The notes under the pieces: model-generated
What the model was told of the DNA's origin: nothing
The model's input: the letters and a program-made list of their open reading frames with translations, nothing else
The model's database searches: none
Shown: positions 43,175 to 53,830 of the stretch, one piece after another
Position numbering within the stretch: position 1 is the stretch's first letter
Layout of the letters: each line of letters opens with the position of its first letter
Assembly (NCBI GenBank): GCA_902769875.1
Contig: CACXQV010000006.1
Location: 11,759 to 75,758, forward strand
Length of the DNA stretch: 64,000 bases
Reading direction: 5' to 3'
From: an uncultured Bacteroidia bacterium
GTDB taxonomy: Bacteria > Bacteroidota > Bacteroidia > Bacteroidales > F082
Position numbers and translations under genes: made by a program

Positions 43175-45742
43175 TCATTGTTGCAGTTTCGCCATCACTT
43201 TCAGCATCTGCTCACCCAAACCAATTGTGTAGCCTTGCTTCACGAAAACCACTTCGCTGTTGGCGTTGGCGATGATGAAGATGGGACGGCTGTCGTTGCT
43301 CAGATGCAGGCTTTCAACGAGGTCGTCGCGAATGGTGCCGTCGTCAAGGCCATAGGTAATTCCGTCGGGCAACTCGCTGAAACTCTTCAACTTGAACTTG
43401 TCGTAGTCGGCTTTGTCGCTGAAGATGAAGAGGAACGGCAAGTTGCTGGCTTCAAATTCCTTGCGGAAGGCAGCGATGTCTTGCATGGCGTGGGTGGTCG
43501 GCTCGCTGCCTTGGTCAAGGAGGCCGAGGATGTAGTAACTGTCCTTGATGAGTTGTTTCGGGTTGTATTCCTCGCCCGTTTTGGGGTCGGTGAAACGGTT
43601 GTTGGAGTAGAAACTCCCGATGACGCTCACATCGGCATTTGGCTCGCGCAAAATGAGGTTCACGGAGGTGGTCTTGCCCGCCTTGATGGTGAAGAACTCG
43701 CTGTGGGTCAGAGCGGTACCGTCGTCCAAACGGGTGCCTGCCGTGAGGATGTAATAGCCTTCGTCCAAAGGCGTGGGACGCTCAAAGGTGGAGAGCGTCA
43801 TGCCGTCGTCGATGCCGGGGTCTTTGGCGTCGTAGGCCAAGAGGCGGAAACTCTTGCCGTCAAACTTCTTGATGCTGAAGTGAGTATAATATTTCGGGTC
43901 GGCGACGGATGCGATGGGGCGGTATTGGATGTCCAAATAACCGATAGCTGTTTTGGCGGGTTCGGCGGCCTCGAAATCGACATTATTCCATTGTTTGTCA
44001 AAGTATTGCACGTTGCCGTTCACGGGGTTGATTTGCGCCGCGATGCCCAAGCTCCGTGCCATGCTGACAAAGAAGATGTTGCGCGAATGGCGGTCGACCT
44101 TGCGAGCTTTCAGCACGCCCAAGGGCGAGATGGGATAACGTTGCGGATTCAGGTTGTCGCCGGTTTGGATGTTTTTTCTCACCCAATCGACCAACAGCGC
44201 GGGGGTGTCGTGAAATTGTTGTCTTTCTGTTTCGGGGAAAAACTCGGTGAGGGTTTTGCGGTAAGGTACGAGCATTTCGTTGCTCACACGCGGACTGAGG
44301 ATGTATTTCGCGTAAAGGTCGGGCGGCATAGAGATAATCGAAGAAGTGAGGTCAGGTGTGTGGTCGAAATGGTCTTTCAAGACTTCAAGGCTGATGTCGC
44401 GCAAGTCCTTGTCGGAGATGTTTTTAAGCAATTCCACCGCCTTGATTTCCTGATTCTTGCCTTGGGCGTATTTCACGAAGTCGGCGATGGTTTGGTAGTT
44501 GCCCCAAGTCTTTTCGTAGATGCGGCACAGGGTTTTGTTGCCCGTGTTCATAATCAGTTCTTGCTGGGCTTTCTTGCAGTCGGCGATGTAGGCGTTGCGC
44601 AGCGAGTCCTCGTATGCGAAACGGCGGTCGTTCTCGGCACGCATTTCAGCCGTCACTTCGGGCAAAACACTGGTAGGTGGTGGAGGAACCATATCGAACT
44701 CAAAGGCATCTTCAGTGCCTTCCTTATGATTGAGAATGATGGTAACATTCTCGTCCTCACCTGATTTGAAGACTTGGTAGCCAAATTTGCCGTCTTTGGC
44801 AGCGTAGGCCATCATACAGCCCAAACCCGATGTGAGCCAAGTCTGGCCGTTTTTGTCGGTCGTCTTGGTGACCACCGTGCAGAACTCGGCATAGTTGTAA
44901 ATCTTGAACTCCACGGGCAGGTTGGCTTGCGGCGTTCCGTTCTCGTCCACGACTGTGAAAGTGGTTTTGGCGGTCTTGCCATAATTATCCACCACGTTGA
45001 TTTCCGTGTAGTTATCGCCGCGACTGATGACTTCCTCCGGACCGTCGTAATCGCCGAAAACGCGGGTATGTAATAATAAGGTGCGCGAAGCCGGTTCGTT
45101 GAACCAACCCAAGTCGAGCACCGGCTCAGGCTCGCAGGCACCAAGGAAATGCCATTGGCAATCGACGTAAGCCTCCACCCAAGCGTGGTTGTCGTCGCAG
45201 TGCGCCCAACGTGGGGTATAGACTTGTCTTGCCGGAATGCCTACGGTGCGCAAGGCTGTCACCAACAGCGTCGATTCCTCGCCGCAACGTCCCCACGAGG
45301 TCTTGATGGTGGCCATCGGGGCACTGGTGCGGCTGTCGGAGCCTTTGTAGTTCACGTGTTCGTGGCACCAATGGTTCACTTCGAGAACAGCATCATACAG
45401 CGAAAGGTCTTTCACGCGGCCTTTCAGTTCTTCGTAATAGGTGGTGCGGAAGCGGTCGAGGTTCTCGTTATTGACGCGCACGGGCACCACGAAATGCTTG
45501 AACTCGCGTTCGGGGATGCTTGCACCCCAAGGCATTTCCGCTTTGGCGCGGAAGGCATAGTTTATGCACTCGCGGTAATAGTCTTCCGAATAGTCCACGC
45601 TGTCGCCGAGGGGCATATAGTCATAAAGGAATTGCAAGGCCTCCGCTTCGTTGAAGGCCTGTTGTTTTGCTTCTCCAGTTCCCTCGCAGGCTGAAAACAG
45701 CAGGGCGGAGAAAGCGATGATAATCAATAAGCTGTTGCGCAT
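43175..45742 (-). CDS. transglutaminase-like domain lipoprotein with C-terminal thioredoxin-like region
   Basis: Lipobox LFSAC. Contains GRCGEEST...HAWVEAY...D (Cys-His-Asp transglutaminase core). Confidence 0.85.
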   Translation of the reverse strand: MRNSLLIIIAFSALLFSACEGTGEAKQQAFNEAEALQFLYDYMPLGDSVDYSEDYYRECINYAFRAKAEMPWGASIPEREFKHFVVPVRVNNENLDRFRTTYYEELKGRVKDLSLYDAVLEVNHWCHEHVNYKGSDSRTSAPMATIKTSWGRCGEESTLLVTALRTVGIPARQVYTPRWAHCDDNHAWVEAYVDCQWHFLGACEPEPVLDLGWFNEPASRTLLLHTRVFGDYDGPEEVISRGDNYTEINVVDNYGKTAKTTFTVVDENGTPQANLPVEFKIYNYAEFCTVVTKTTDKNGQTWLTSGLGCMMAYAAKDGKFGYQVFKSGEDENVTIILNHKEGTEDAFEFDMVPPPPTSVLPEVTAEMRAENDRRFAYEDSLRNAYIADCKKAQQELIMNTGNKTLCRIYEKTWGNYQTIADFVKYAQGKNQEIKAVELLKNISDKDLRDISLEVLKDHFDHTPDLTSSIISMPPDLYAKYILSPRVSNEMLVPYRKTLTEFFPETERQQFHDTPALLVDWVRKNIQTGDNLNPQRYPISPLGVLKARKVDRHSRNIFFVSMARSLGIAAQINPVNGNVQYFDKQWNNVDFEAAEPAKTAIGYLDIQYRPIASVADPKYYTHFSIKKFDGKSFRLLAYDAKDPGIDDGMTLSTFERPTPLDEGYYILTAGTRLDDGTALTHSEFFTIKAGKTTSVNLILREPNADVSVIGSFYSNNRFTDPKTGEEYNPKQLIKDSYYILGLLDQGSEPTTHAMQDIAAFRKEFEASNLPFLFIFSDKADYDKFKLKSFSELPDGITYGLDDGTIRDDLVESLHLSNDSRPIFIIANANSEVVFVKQGYTIGLGEQMLKVMAKLQQ

Positions 45743-45754
45743 AATGCTTGGTTT

Positions 45755-47341
45755 TTATTCTTTGACAATGATCCAATCCGAAACGGTTTTGGTCTCTTGC
45801 GAGAAAGCGATGCCTATCTTGACTATAGGCTTTCCATCTGTTTGGTAGGGAATGGCGTAGCTTTTCGATTCGATTTGCTCGATAGCCTCTTGCGCCGTTC
45901 CACGCATTTTCAGTTCCATTACATAGATGGCGTCATTCATGAACACAACGACATCGGTTTTGCCTCGTGCCACTTTCACCTGAGTGAAGGTGCGGCAGTT
46001 GAAAATGGAAAAGACAATGTAGGTCAGCACTTCGTAGTAGGCTTCGTATTTGGCGATGTCGTCCAATTCCTTCTCGCCGAATTCCAAATAGGGGATGGAA
46101 GCGAAGAAGGCCTGCATGGCTTTCATGGCTCCTTCTATGTCGTGGTGAATCAGGCAGGCGTAGAAACTGCCTGCAAAACCTTGTGCGTTGGCATTGTTGA
46201 TGCCCATCATCGATGAGAGGAAATTGTCCAAGAAGCCCACTTTCACCTCTGAGTTGGGGAAGTCGAGCGTATAGTTTCTGCTGTAGAAGTCGTAGCCCTT
46301 GATGGTAAGGTAGCCGCTTTGGTAGAGCAGGGGCAGGGCAGAGGTCATGGCCTCAGTAGGCACGTCGAACTGGGAGGAAGGCACTTGCAGTTTCTCCAAT
46401 TCCAAAAGGTTGGTGTTGAAGTGCTTCATCGACTCGAACAGGAAAGAGGGCGTGCCGCTGCCAAACCAGAAATAATCCAACAACTTCGAGCGGAACACGT
46501 TCATCAGGCTGAAAGGATTGAAGACATCGGGCGACTTGTTGCTGAAATGATAGCCGTCATAATTCAGTTTCAGCCTGTCAATCATGGCTTCTTTTGAACA
46601 CCCGCATTCATCAGCCAAAATCTGGATGTCCTCGTCGAAAATGGTCAGCAATTCGTCCTTGGTGATGCCGCAAAGTGACGCATACATTGGCTCCATCGAT
46701 ATGTTGCTCAAGTTGTTCAAGGTGGAGAAGATGCTCAATTGGCTGAACTTGGTGATGCCAGTGATGAAGACAAATTGCTCGTCGGCATCGCAAGCCTTGA
46801 CGACTTGGTAAAACTCTTGCATAATGCGGCGCACATCCCCAAGAATGTCAGGCTTGTGCAGATGGTCCAGCAATGGTGCGTCGTATTCGTCGAGAATGAC
46901 TACGGTTTTCGTTCCGGTTTGCCGATGGGCGCGTTGAATCAGTCCCGCAAAGCGCATTCCGGGTGTTCTTTCTTCCTCGACACGGCCGTATATTTCTTCG
47001 TATCGGCGCAATTGAAACTCCAAGGCACTGATGATTCCTGCCGCGTCCGTTTGGTTTTTGCATAGGCTGATGTCGAAATGCAACACGGGATGTTGTTTCC
47101 AGTCCTTTTCCAACTCGGCGATGGCGAGGCCTTCAAACAGGTCTTTGCGGCCTTGGAAGTAATACTTCAAGGTGCTGCAAAGCAGGCTCTTGCCGAACCT
47201 TCGAGGGCGGCTGAGGAAAACGAATTGCGATTCTTTCGTCATTCTGTAGATAAGGTCTGTCTTATCCACATAAATGCGCCCGTCTTGGCGGATGCGTTCA
47301 AAATCGGCGATGCCGGCGGTGTAGAGTCTCATGGGTAGCAT
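45755..47341 (-). CDS. AAA-ATPase-like protein with C-terminal PD-(D/E)XK nuclease-like domain (paralog of 12472..14058)
   Basis: Start taken at MLPMRLYTAG (47339-47341), giving 528 aa exactly like the paralog. TAAATTTG box upstream on the minus strand at 47366-47373. Confidence 0.85.
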   Translation of the reverse strand: MLPMRLYTAGIADFERIRQDGRIYVDKTDLIYRMTKESQFVFLSRPRRFGKSLLCSTLKYYFQGRKDLFEGLAIAELEKDWKQHPVLHFDISLCKNQTDAAGIISALEFQLRRYEEIYGRVEEERTPGMRFAGLIQRAHRQTGTKTVVILDEYDAPLLDHLHKPDILGDVRRIMQEFYQVVKACDADEQFVFITGITKFSQLSIFSTLNNLSNISMEPMYASLCGITKDELLTIFDEDIQILADECGCSKEAMIDRLKLNYDGYHFSNKSPDVFNPFSLMNVFRSKLLDYFWFGSGTPSFLFESMKHFNTNLLELEKLQVPSSQFDVPTEAMTSALPLLYQSGYLTIKGYDFYSRNYTLDFPNSEVKVGFLDNFLSSMMGINNANAQGFAGSFYACLIHHDIEGAMKAMQAFFASIPYLEFGEKELDDIAKYEAYYEVLTYIVFSIFNCRTFTQVKVARGKTDVVVFMNDAIYVMELKMRGTAQEAIEQIESKSYAIPYQTDGKPIVKIGIAFSQETKTVSDWIIVKE

Positions 47342-47419
47342 GACATGAATGTGTTTTTGCGCTTGCAAATTTAGAAATTTTCTGACATCCAACTTCCTTT
47401 TTTTTTTTCTCTCAATGTA

Positions 47420-47468
47420 AAAATGTTGGCTAAAGATAGTAGGCCTACCACCTTTTAGCCAACATTTT
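47420..47468. terminator. 15-bp perfect inverted repeat hairpin downstream of the ATP-grasp gene
   Basis: AAAATGTTGGCTAAA ... TTTAGCCAACATTTT, with the inner palindrome GTAGGCCTAC. Confidence 0.55.
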
Positions 47469-47510
47469 GTCTGGATTGCTTCGTCGTACCTCATCGCAAT
47501 GACGCGAATC
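47469..47510. repeat. solo half-copy of the REP-like arm seen at 18646..18686
   Basis: GTCTGGATTGCTTCGTCGTACCTCATCGCAATGACGCGAATC compared with GTCTGGATTGCTTCGTCGTTCCTCCTCGCAATGACGCGAAGC. Confidence 0.8.
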
Positions 47511-47530
47511 GACAACAAGTCCCGCATCAA

Positions 47531-48682
47531 TCAAGCCATAAACTCCTCCAAAGTGGAATGCAGAATCTCCTGCAACTCCTCTTTGTGCTCTGGCGTGGTC
47601 TGCGTGAACAGGAATCCCCAAATGCTCATGGCGGGGTTCATGATGTCGCGGGTTTCGAGTACGCCGTGGAAGTGCCGCTTGATGCGCTCGAAGTCGAGGG
47701 CACGGTTGGTGTCGTAAGGCTTGTCCAAGACGATGAAACTGAACACGTCGTTTTCGATGCCGTTCCACATGGTGGCGTAGTCGGGATGTGTGCCTTCGAA
47801 GTAGGCCTGCACGGGCAGCAGGTGGCAGGTGTGGCGCGTCAGGTCGTTGAGGCACATGCCGGCGAAACGCAACGGGTTCACCTCAATCGGGATGGCGCGG
47901 CCCGTGTGCTTGTCGACGCGGAACTCAACGTGCATCGGGAAATTCTTCAATCCGAGCACACCGTTCAGGTCGATGCAGAACTGGTTGAAAGCCGGATAGT
48001 TGGCCTCAAAAATTTGCTTGCTCATGCAATAGAGGCGGTCGCTCACGTCGGTCTCGCTCTTGAAGATGTGGTGGAAGATGTTGATGATGTTGGGCTTGCC
48101 CTCGGCATCGTAATAGGCATCCACGGCATATTCCTCGCCTTCGATAAACTGCTCAAGCACAAACATTTCGCTGCGCACGACGGTGTCGGGGAAGACGGCA
48201 CACTGCTTGGCGAAGTTGCGGTCGATGTCGTCCAAGGCGGCCTGCCATTCTTCCTTGCTGCGGACGATATAAACGCCCACGCTGAGGAAGCCCACGGCGG
48301 GTTTCAGCACAAGCGGCAAAGGCAACTCGTCAGGATTGAGGCTGCGCAATGCCTTCATCTCCACCTCTTTATAATAGAAATCGGGATAAATCTGCTGGCA
48401 AATGCGGCGGAACTCAGCCTTGTCTTTCAAAATCTTGACTTTCTTCACCAACTCGGATTCGGGCAGTTGGGCATAAAGCCAAACCAAGGCGTTTTCCGAA
48501 ACGGCATAGAGTTGATGGGTTTGGTTGTATTTCTCCACAAACTGCTTGTCGTCCAACAAATTAAGGCGATGCCCTTCGTCGGTGAGTTGTGCCGCCATGT
48601 CGTTATGCAAAACTGGAATCTGTTTTTCTTCCAAATACGCCACCAAAGGGGCGGAAACATAAGGTTTTTCTAAAATGATCAT
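47531..48682 (-). CDS. ATP-grasp domain protein
   Basis: ATG at 48680-48682 (MIILEKPYV...). Contains LVLKPAVGFLSVGVYIV, EQFIEGEEYAVDAYY and PIEVNPLRFAG. Confidence 0.75.
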   Translation of the reverse strand: MIILEKPYVSAPLVAYLEEKQIPVLHNDMAAQLTDEGHRLNLLDDKQFVEKYNQTHQLYAVSENALVWLYAQLPESELVKKVKILKDKAEFRRICQQIYPDFYYKEVEMKALRSLNPDELPLPLVLKPAVGFLSVGVYIVRSKEEWQAALDDIDRNFAKQCAVFPDTVVRSEMFVLEQFIEGEEYAVDAYYDAEGKPNIINIFHHIFKSETDVSDRLYCMSKQIFEANYPAFNQFCIDLNGVLGLKNFPMHVEFRVDKHTGRAIPIEVNPLRFAGMCLNDLTRHTCHLLPVQAYFEGTHPDYATMWNGIENDVFSFIVLDKPYDTNRALDFERIKRHFHGVLETRDIMNPAMSIWGFLFTQTTPEHKEELQEILHSTLEEFMA

Positions 48683-48701
48683 CTTTTTTCGGTTTAATTG
48701 T

Positions 48702-49202
48702 TTACAGCCACTCGATTTCGTCTCGACTGAGGCCTGTGATTTTGCAAATCTCATCTAAGCCATAACCTCGTCTCTTCATTCGCGTGGCGGTCTGTATGAG
48801 GGCTTTGTGAGTGGCGGATTCGGTAATCACCACCTCGTTTTTCTCCCATTCTTCCCAATTGGTTTCTGCCAAGTAGCGAGAAACTTGTTCGCGGAGGGGA
48901 CGAAGGTCTTTTTGAATGACTTTATGAACTTCTTTTGTGTCTATTTGATAGTAGTCGTGAACCAATATATGCCGCATTTTGGCAATAAACTCCCACGGTG
49001 TATCGGGATGTTGAAGTCGGAAAGCACGAGTCAACATATAACTCGCTTCCCCAATAATCTCAATATTCTTGACAATACCATAGTATCTTAGATTGTCTGC
49101 CCTAAGTTGCTCAATTGTTTTACCGTCAGCAAAACCTAAAATCCTATCAATCGCCTCGATGATATGTTCAAGACGGTCACGATCTCTAACTGGTTCTCTC
49201 AT
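48702..49202 (-). CDS. hepT: HepT-like (DUF86) ribonuclease toxin with about 45-aa C-terminal extension
   Basis: Contains IIGEAS...MRHILVHDYYQID (Rx4HxY motif). 166 aa. Confidence 0.85.
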   Translation of the reverse strand: MREPVRDRDRLEHIIEAIDRILGFADGKTIEQLRADNLRYYGIVKNIEIIGEASYMLTRAFRLQHPDTPWEFIAKMRHILVHDYYQIDTKEVHKVIQKDLRPLREQVSRYLAETNWEEWEKNEVVITESATHKALIQTATRMKRRGYGLDEICKITGLSRDEIEWL

Positions 49203-49479
49203 AAATCAATTTTTTATCACGGTTGGCACTTTCAACAGCGAATGGCAATAACATTCCGTCTTCCACAATATCTACAGGACGATCGAGAAGTTTTTCCAAT
49301 TCACAAATCATGGCGCAATGTTTTAGAAGGCTGATGCCGTCTCCATCGTATTGCACAAGCAAATCCACATCGCTTATGGGAGTTTCGTCGCCTCGGGCGA
49401 AAGAGCCGAAAATCCACGCCCGCACGATGGGCTGAGTCTTGAAATAGTCGGCTATGGTTTGTTGCATTTCGGCAGTCAT
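49186..49479 (-). CDS. mntA: MntA-like minimal nucleotidyltransferase antitoxin
   Basis: ATG at 49477-49479. Contains IFGSFARGDETPISDVDLLV (GSxxRG...DxD). 17-nt overlap with hepT. Confidence 0.85.
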   Translation of the reverse strand: MTAEMQQTIADYFKTQPIVRAWIFGSFARGDETPISDVDLLVQYDGDGISLLKHCAMICELEKLLDRPVDIVEDGMLLPFAVESANRDKKLIYERTS

Positions 49480-49541
49480 AATCGAATCAATTGTTGATTG
49501 CGGGGCAAAGTTACGAAATATTTTCCAAACGCAAAAATCGT

Positions 49542-50927
<1,386 letters not shown>

Positions 50928-51032
50928 CGGCTGCCACGGTGTGACAGCCCTACAACTTCACTCCATCAACTTTTTTCCTTTCAACAATAACCTAACCACA
51001 TCTCCCAACTCTAAACTCTCAACTCTAAACCC

Positions 51033-51479
51033 TCAACTTTTCTTATGTCCGTAAAAAATCAATGAATGATGTGTGATTTCGACGCCCAACTGCTCCTCGA
51101 TGGACCGCTGGATTTCAAGCAGTCGAGGGTCGCAAAACTCCATCACGGTCTCGGTCTCCAAGTCGATGAAATGGTCGTGTTGGCGGAATTTGTAGGAGCG
51201 TTCATATTGCGCACAGTTGTGCCCAAACTGGTGCTTGATGACCAAACCGCAATCCAACATCAGCTCGATGGTGTTATACAAGGTGGCACGACTGACGCGG
51301 TACTTGTTGTCTTTCATCTGGTTATAGAGCGTGTCGATGTCGAAGTGCCCGTTGGTCGAGTAAATCTCTTTCAGGATGGCGAACCGTTCCGGGGTCTTGC
51401 GCAACTTCTTCCGTTGGAGATAGTCAACGAATAACTTCTTGACAGACAGATAGGTGTTGTCGAACTGAGAGTCTTTCAT
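51033..51479 (-). CDS. Fur family transcriptional regulator
   Basis: 148 aa. Contains KLRKTPERFAILKEI...RVSRATLYNTIELM (winged HTH) and HHDHFIDLET. Confidence 0.82.
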   Translation of the reverse strand: MKDSQFDNTYLSVKKLFVDYLQRKKLRKTPERFAILKEIYSTNGHFDIDTLYNQMKDNKYRVSRATLYNTIELMLDCGLVIKHQFGHNCAQYERSYKFRQHDHFIDLETETVMEFCDPRLLEIQRSIEEQLGVEITHHSLIFYGHKKS

Positions 51480-51542
51480 TTTCTTGATGGATGTTGCCGC
51501 AAAAGTAGGAATATTTTTCAGAATAATTCTAAATAATGGATT

Positions 51543-53747
51543 TTATTTTGTTTCTGAAGTGTTTTTCCTGACCACCTTTTGGATTTCTTTCAACTGGTTC
51601 AGCTTGGCCATCAGGTTGTCCAACTCATTGGTGTTGTGGACGTAGATGGAGATGCTGGCTTCCACAAGGTCCTGCTTCGACTCCATGTGGAGCGAGTGCA
51701 TGTTGAGTTGCATTTCGTTGGAGAACAGGTTGGTCATGCGGTTGAGCAGTCCCTTGGTGTCCAAAGCGGTGATTTTCAGCTCGGCGAGGAAGGCGATTTC
51801 GCTCTTGGGCTGCCATTTGGCTTTCACGATGTTGTTGCCGTAGCGTGACGACAGCTGGATGGCTCTGGGGCAGTTGCTGCGGTGGATTTGGAGCGGCTCG
51901 CCGGGGAAGCTGAACGCGATGACGTCGTCACCGGGGATGGGATTGCAGCAGGTCGAAACATTGAAGTCGAACTCGCCTGACGAGGTGATTGACGGTGTTT
52001 CCTCCTTTTCTTTGCTGCTGTTGCCCCAAAGGCCAAAAGTGATGTAGCGGACAAAGCTGCTTCCGCCCGACTGGGGCTTCATCACGTCGCGGATGGTGCG
52101 CTCGTCGATCTTGCCAGTGGCTATCAGGTAGAAGAAGTCGATGGAACTGGTGAGGTTTTCCGTGGCCATCACCTTGTTGCGGTTGGCTTTCGAGGCCTCC
52201 AGTCCCAACTTTTTCATGGTTTCTTCAAACTTGGCCTCGCCCTCTTCGCGGAAGCTGCGCCGGTATTCCTTGATGCCGTTCTTGAGCCTCGACTTTGCCG
52301 TTGCCGTGGCCAGAAACTCAAACCATTTCTCTTGCGGGTGCTGGGCTTCTGAGGTGATGACTTCCACTTGGTCGCCATTGTGCAAAACATGGTCGAGTTG
52401 CGTGAGCTGGCTGTTGACGTTAGCCGCAATGCTGTGGTCGCCGATTTCAGAGTGGATGTTGTAGGCGAAGTCGAGCACGGTGGAGCCTTTCGGGAGCAAA
52501 ATCATCTTGCCCTGCGGGGTGAACACGTGAATCTCGTCGGAAAAGAGGTCGAGCTTGAAATTGTCGACGAATTCGATGGCGTTTTCGTTTTGGTTGCTGA
52601 TGAGGTCTTGGGCTTTCTTCAGCCAGATGTCGAAGCCGCTTTCGATGTGGTCGTCTGATTTGTATTTCCAGTAGGCCGTGAAGCCCTTTTCGGCTATTTC
52701 CTCCATGCGTTGGCTGCGGATTTGCACTTCCACCCAATTGCCCGTCTGGCCCATCACCACGGCGTGAAGGCTCTCGTAGCCATTGGTCTTTGGGAACGAA
52801 ATCCAGTCTTTTAGTTTCGAGGTGTTCGGACGATAGAAGCCCGTGAGGATGGCGTAGATTTTCCAGCATTCCAAGCGCTCTTGGTCTATGGGGCAGTCGG
52901 TGATGAAACGCACCACAAACGAGCCATAAAGCTCCTCAAACGAGAGCTCTTTGTCGAGCATCCGTTTCCAGATGGAGTTGACGGAGCGTTCCTTGAGTTC
53001 GGCACGCGCCTTGATGCCCGTCTTTTCCAACGCTTCAATGACGGGTTCGATGAAGTCGCGCATTTCGCCCATACGGCGTTCGCGCACCTCGTCCAAGCGT
53101 TTGCGGATGTTGTAGTAGATGGTCGGGTTGGTGTATTTCAGGGCAAGGTCTTCCAGCTCAATCCTGATGGCGTGGAGGCCAAGTCGGTAGGCGAGGGGGG
53201 CATAGAGGTACGACGTTTCGGATGCGATTTTCAGCTGTTTGTGCTTGGGCATCGAGTCGAGGGTGCGCATGTTGTGGAGGCGGTCGCTGAGCTTGATGAG
53301 CACCACACGCACGTCGTATGACAGCGAAGTGATGATTTTCTTGAAGTTCTCGGCCTGCATGCTTTCGGCCCCTTCCAACTTGTCGAACTTGGTGAGGCCG
53401 TCAACCACACGCGACACCTTTTCGCCGAACCTCTCGCTGATGTCGTCCAAGGTGTATTGTGTGTCTTCCACCACGTCGTGCAGCAGGGCGCAGATGATGG
53501 AAGTGCGGCCCAATCCGATGTCGTGGGCGGCGATGGTGGCCACCTCGATGGGATGGTAGATGTAGGGCTCGCCAGAGCGGCGGCGTTGGTCCTTGTGCGC
53601 GCTAACGGCGAAGTAGAAAGCCTCGTCGACGGCTTCGAGGTCTTGCGCTTCCTTGCGGGTTTGCCAAACGTCGATGAGATGCTGGTGCCGTCGCTCGATT
53701 TCTTCTTTTTCTTCCTTGGAATAGGTGTCGGGTAAAGCAGGTGTCAT
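51543..53747 (-). CDS. bifunctional (p)ppGpp synthetase/hydrolase, RelA/SpoT family
   Basis: 734 aa. HD domain (HDVVEDT), synthetase region (YESLHAVV), and TGS (VFTPQGKMILLPKGSTVLDFAY). Confidence 0.93.
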   Translation of the reverse strand: MTPALPDTYSKEEKEEIERRHQHLIDVWQTRKEAQDLEAVDEAFYFAVSAHKDQRRRSGEPYIYHPIEVATIAAHDIGLGRTSIICALLHDVVEDTQYTLDDISERFGEKVSRVVDGLTKFDKLEGAESMQAENFKKIITSLSYDVRVVLIKLSDRLHNMRTLDSMPKHKQLKIASETSYLYAPLAYRLGLHAIRIELEDLALKYTNPTIYYNIRKRLDEVRERRMGEMRDFIEPVIEALEKTGIKARAELKERSVNSIWKRMLDKELSFEELYGSFVVRFITDCPIDQERLECWKIYAILTGFYRPNTSKLKDWISFPKTNGYESLHAVVMGQTGNWVEVQIRSQRMEEIAEKGFTAYWKYKSDDHIESGFDIWLKKAQDLISNQNENAIEFVDNFKLDLFSDEIHVFTPQGKMILLPKGSTVLDFAYNIHSEIGDHSIAANVNSQLTQLDHVLHNGDQVEVITSEAQHPQEKWFEFLATATAKSRLKNGIKEYRRSFREEGEAKFEETMKKLGLEASKANRNKVMATENLTSSIDFFYLIATGKIDERTIRDVMKPQSGGSSFVRYITFGLWGNSSKEKEETPSITSSGEFDFNVSTCCNPIPGDDVIAFSFPGEPLQIHRSNCPRAIQLSSRYGNNIVKAKWQPKSEIAFLAELKITALDTKGLLNRMTNLFSNEMQLNMHSLHMESKQDLVEASISIYVHNTNELDNLMAKLNQLKEIQKVVRKNTSETK

Positions 53748-53822
53748 AGGCTTGAACTTTTTCAGACTGCAAAATTAGGGATAATCCTTGACTGATTCCG
53801 CTTTTGCAAGCAAATTTTTTCC

Positions 53823-53830
53823 TATTTTTG
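53823..53830 (+). promoter_or_regulatory. -7 box TATTTTTG upstream of the HipA-like kinase
   Basis: TAnnTTTG match 43 nt before ATG 53873. Confidence 0.5.

Noticed and set aside
47342-47530. N-terminal extension of the ATPase paralog ORF (the track start is at 47530).
   Set aside because: The paralog at 12472..14058 starts at the equivalent MxPMRLYTAG. The extension covers a hairpin, a REP fragment and a TAAATTTG promoter box.
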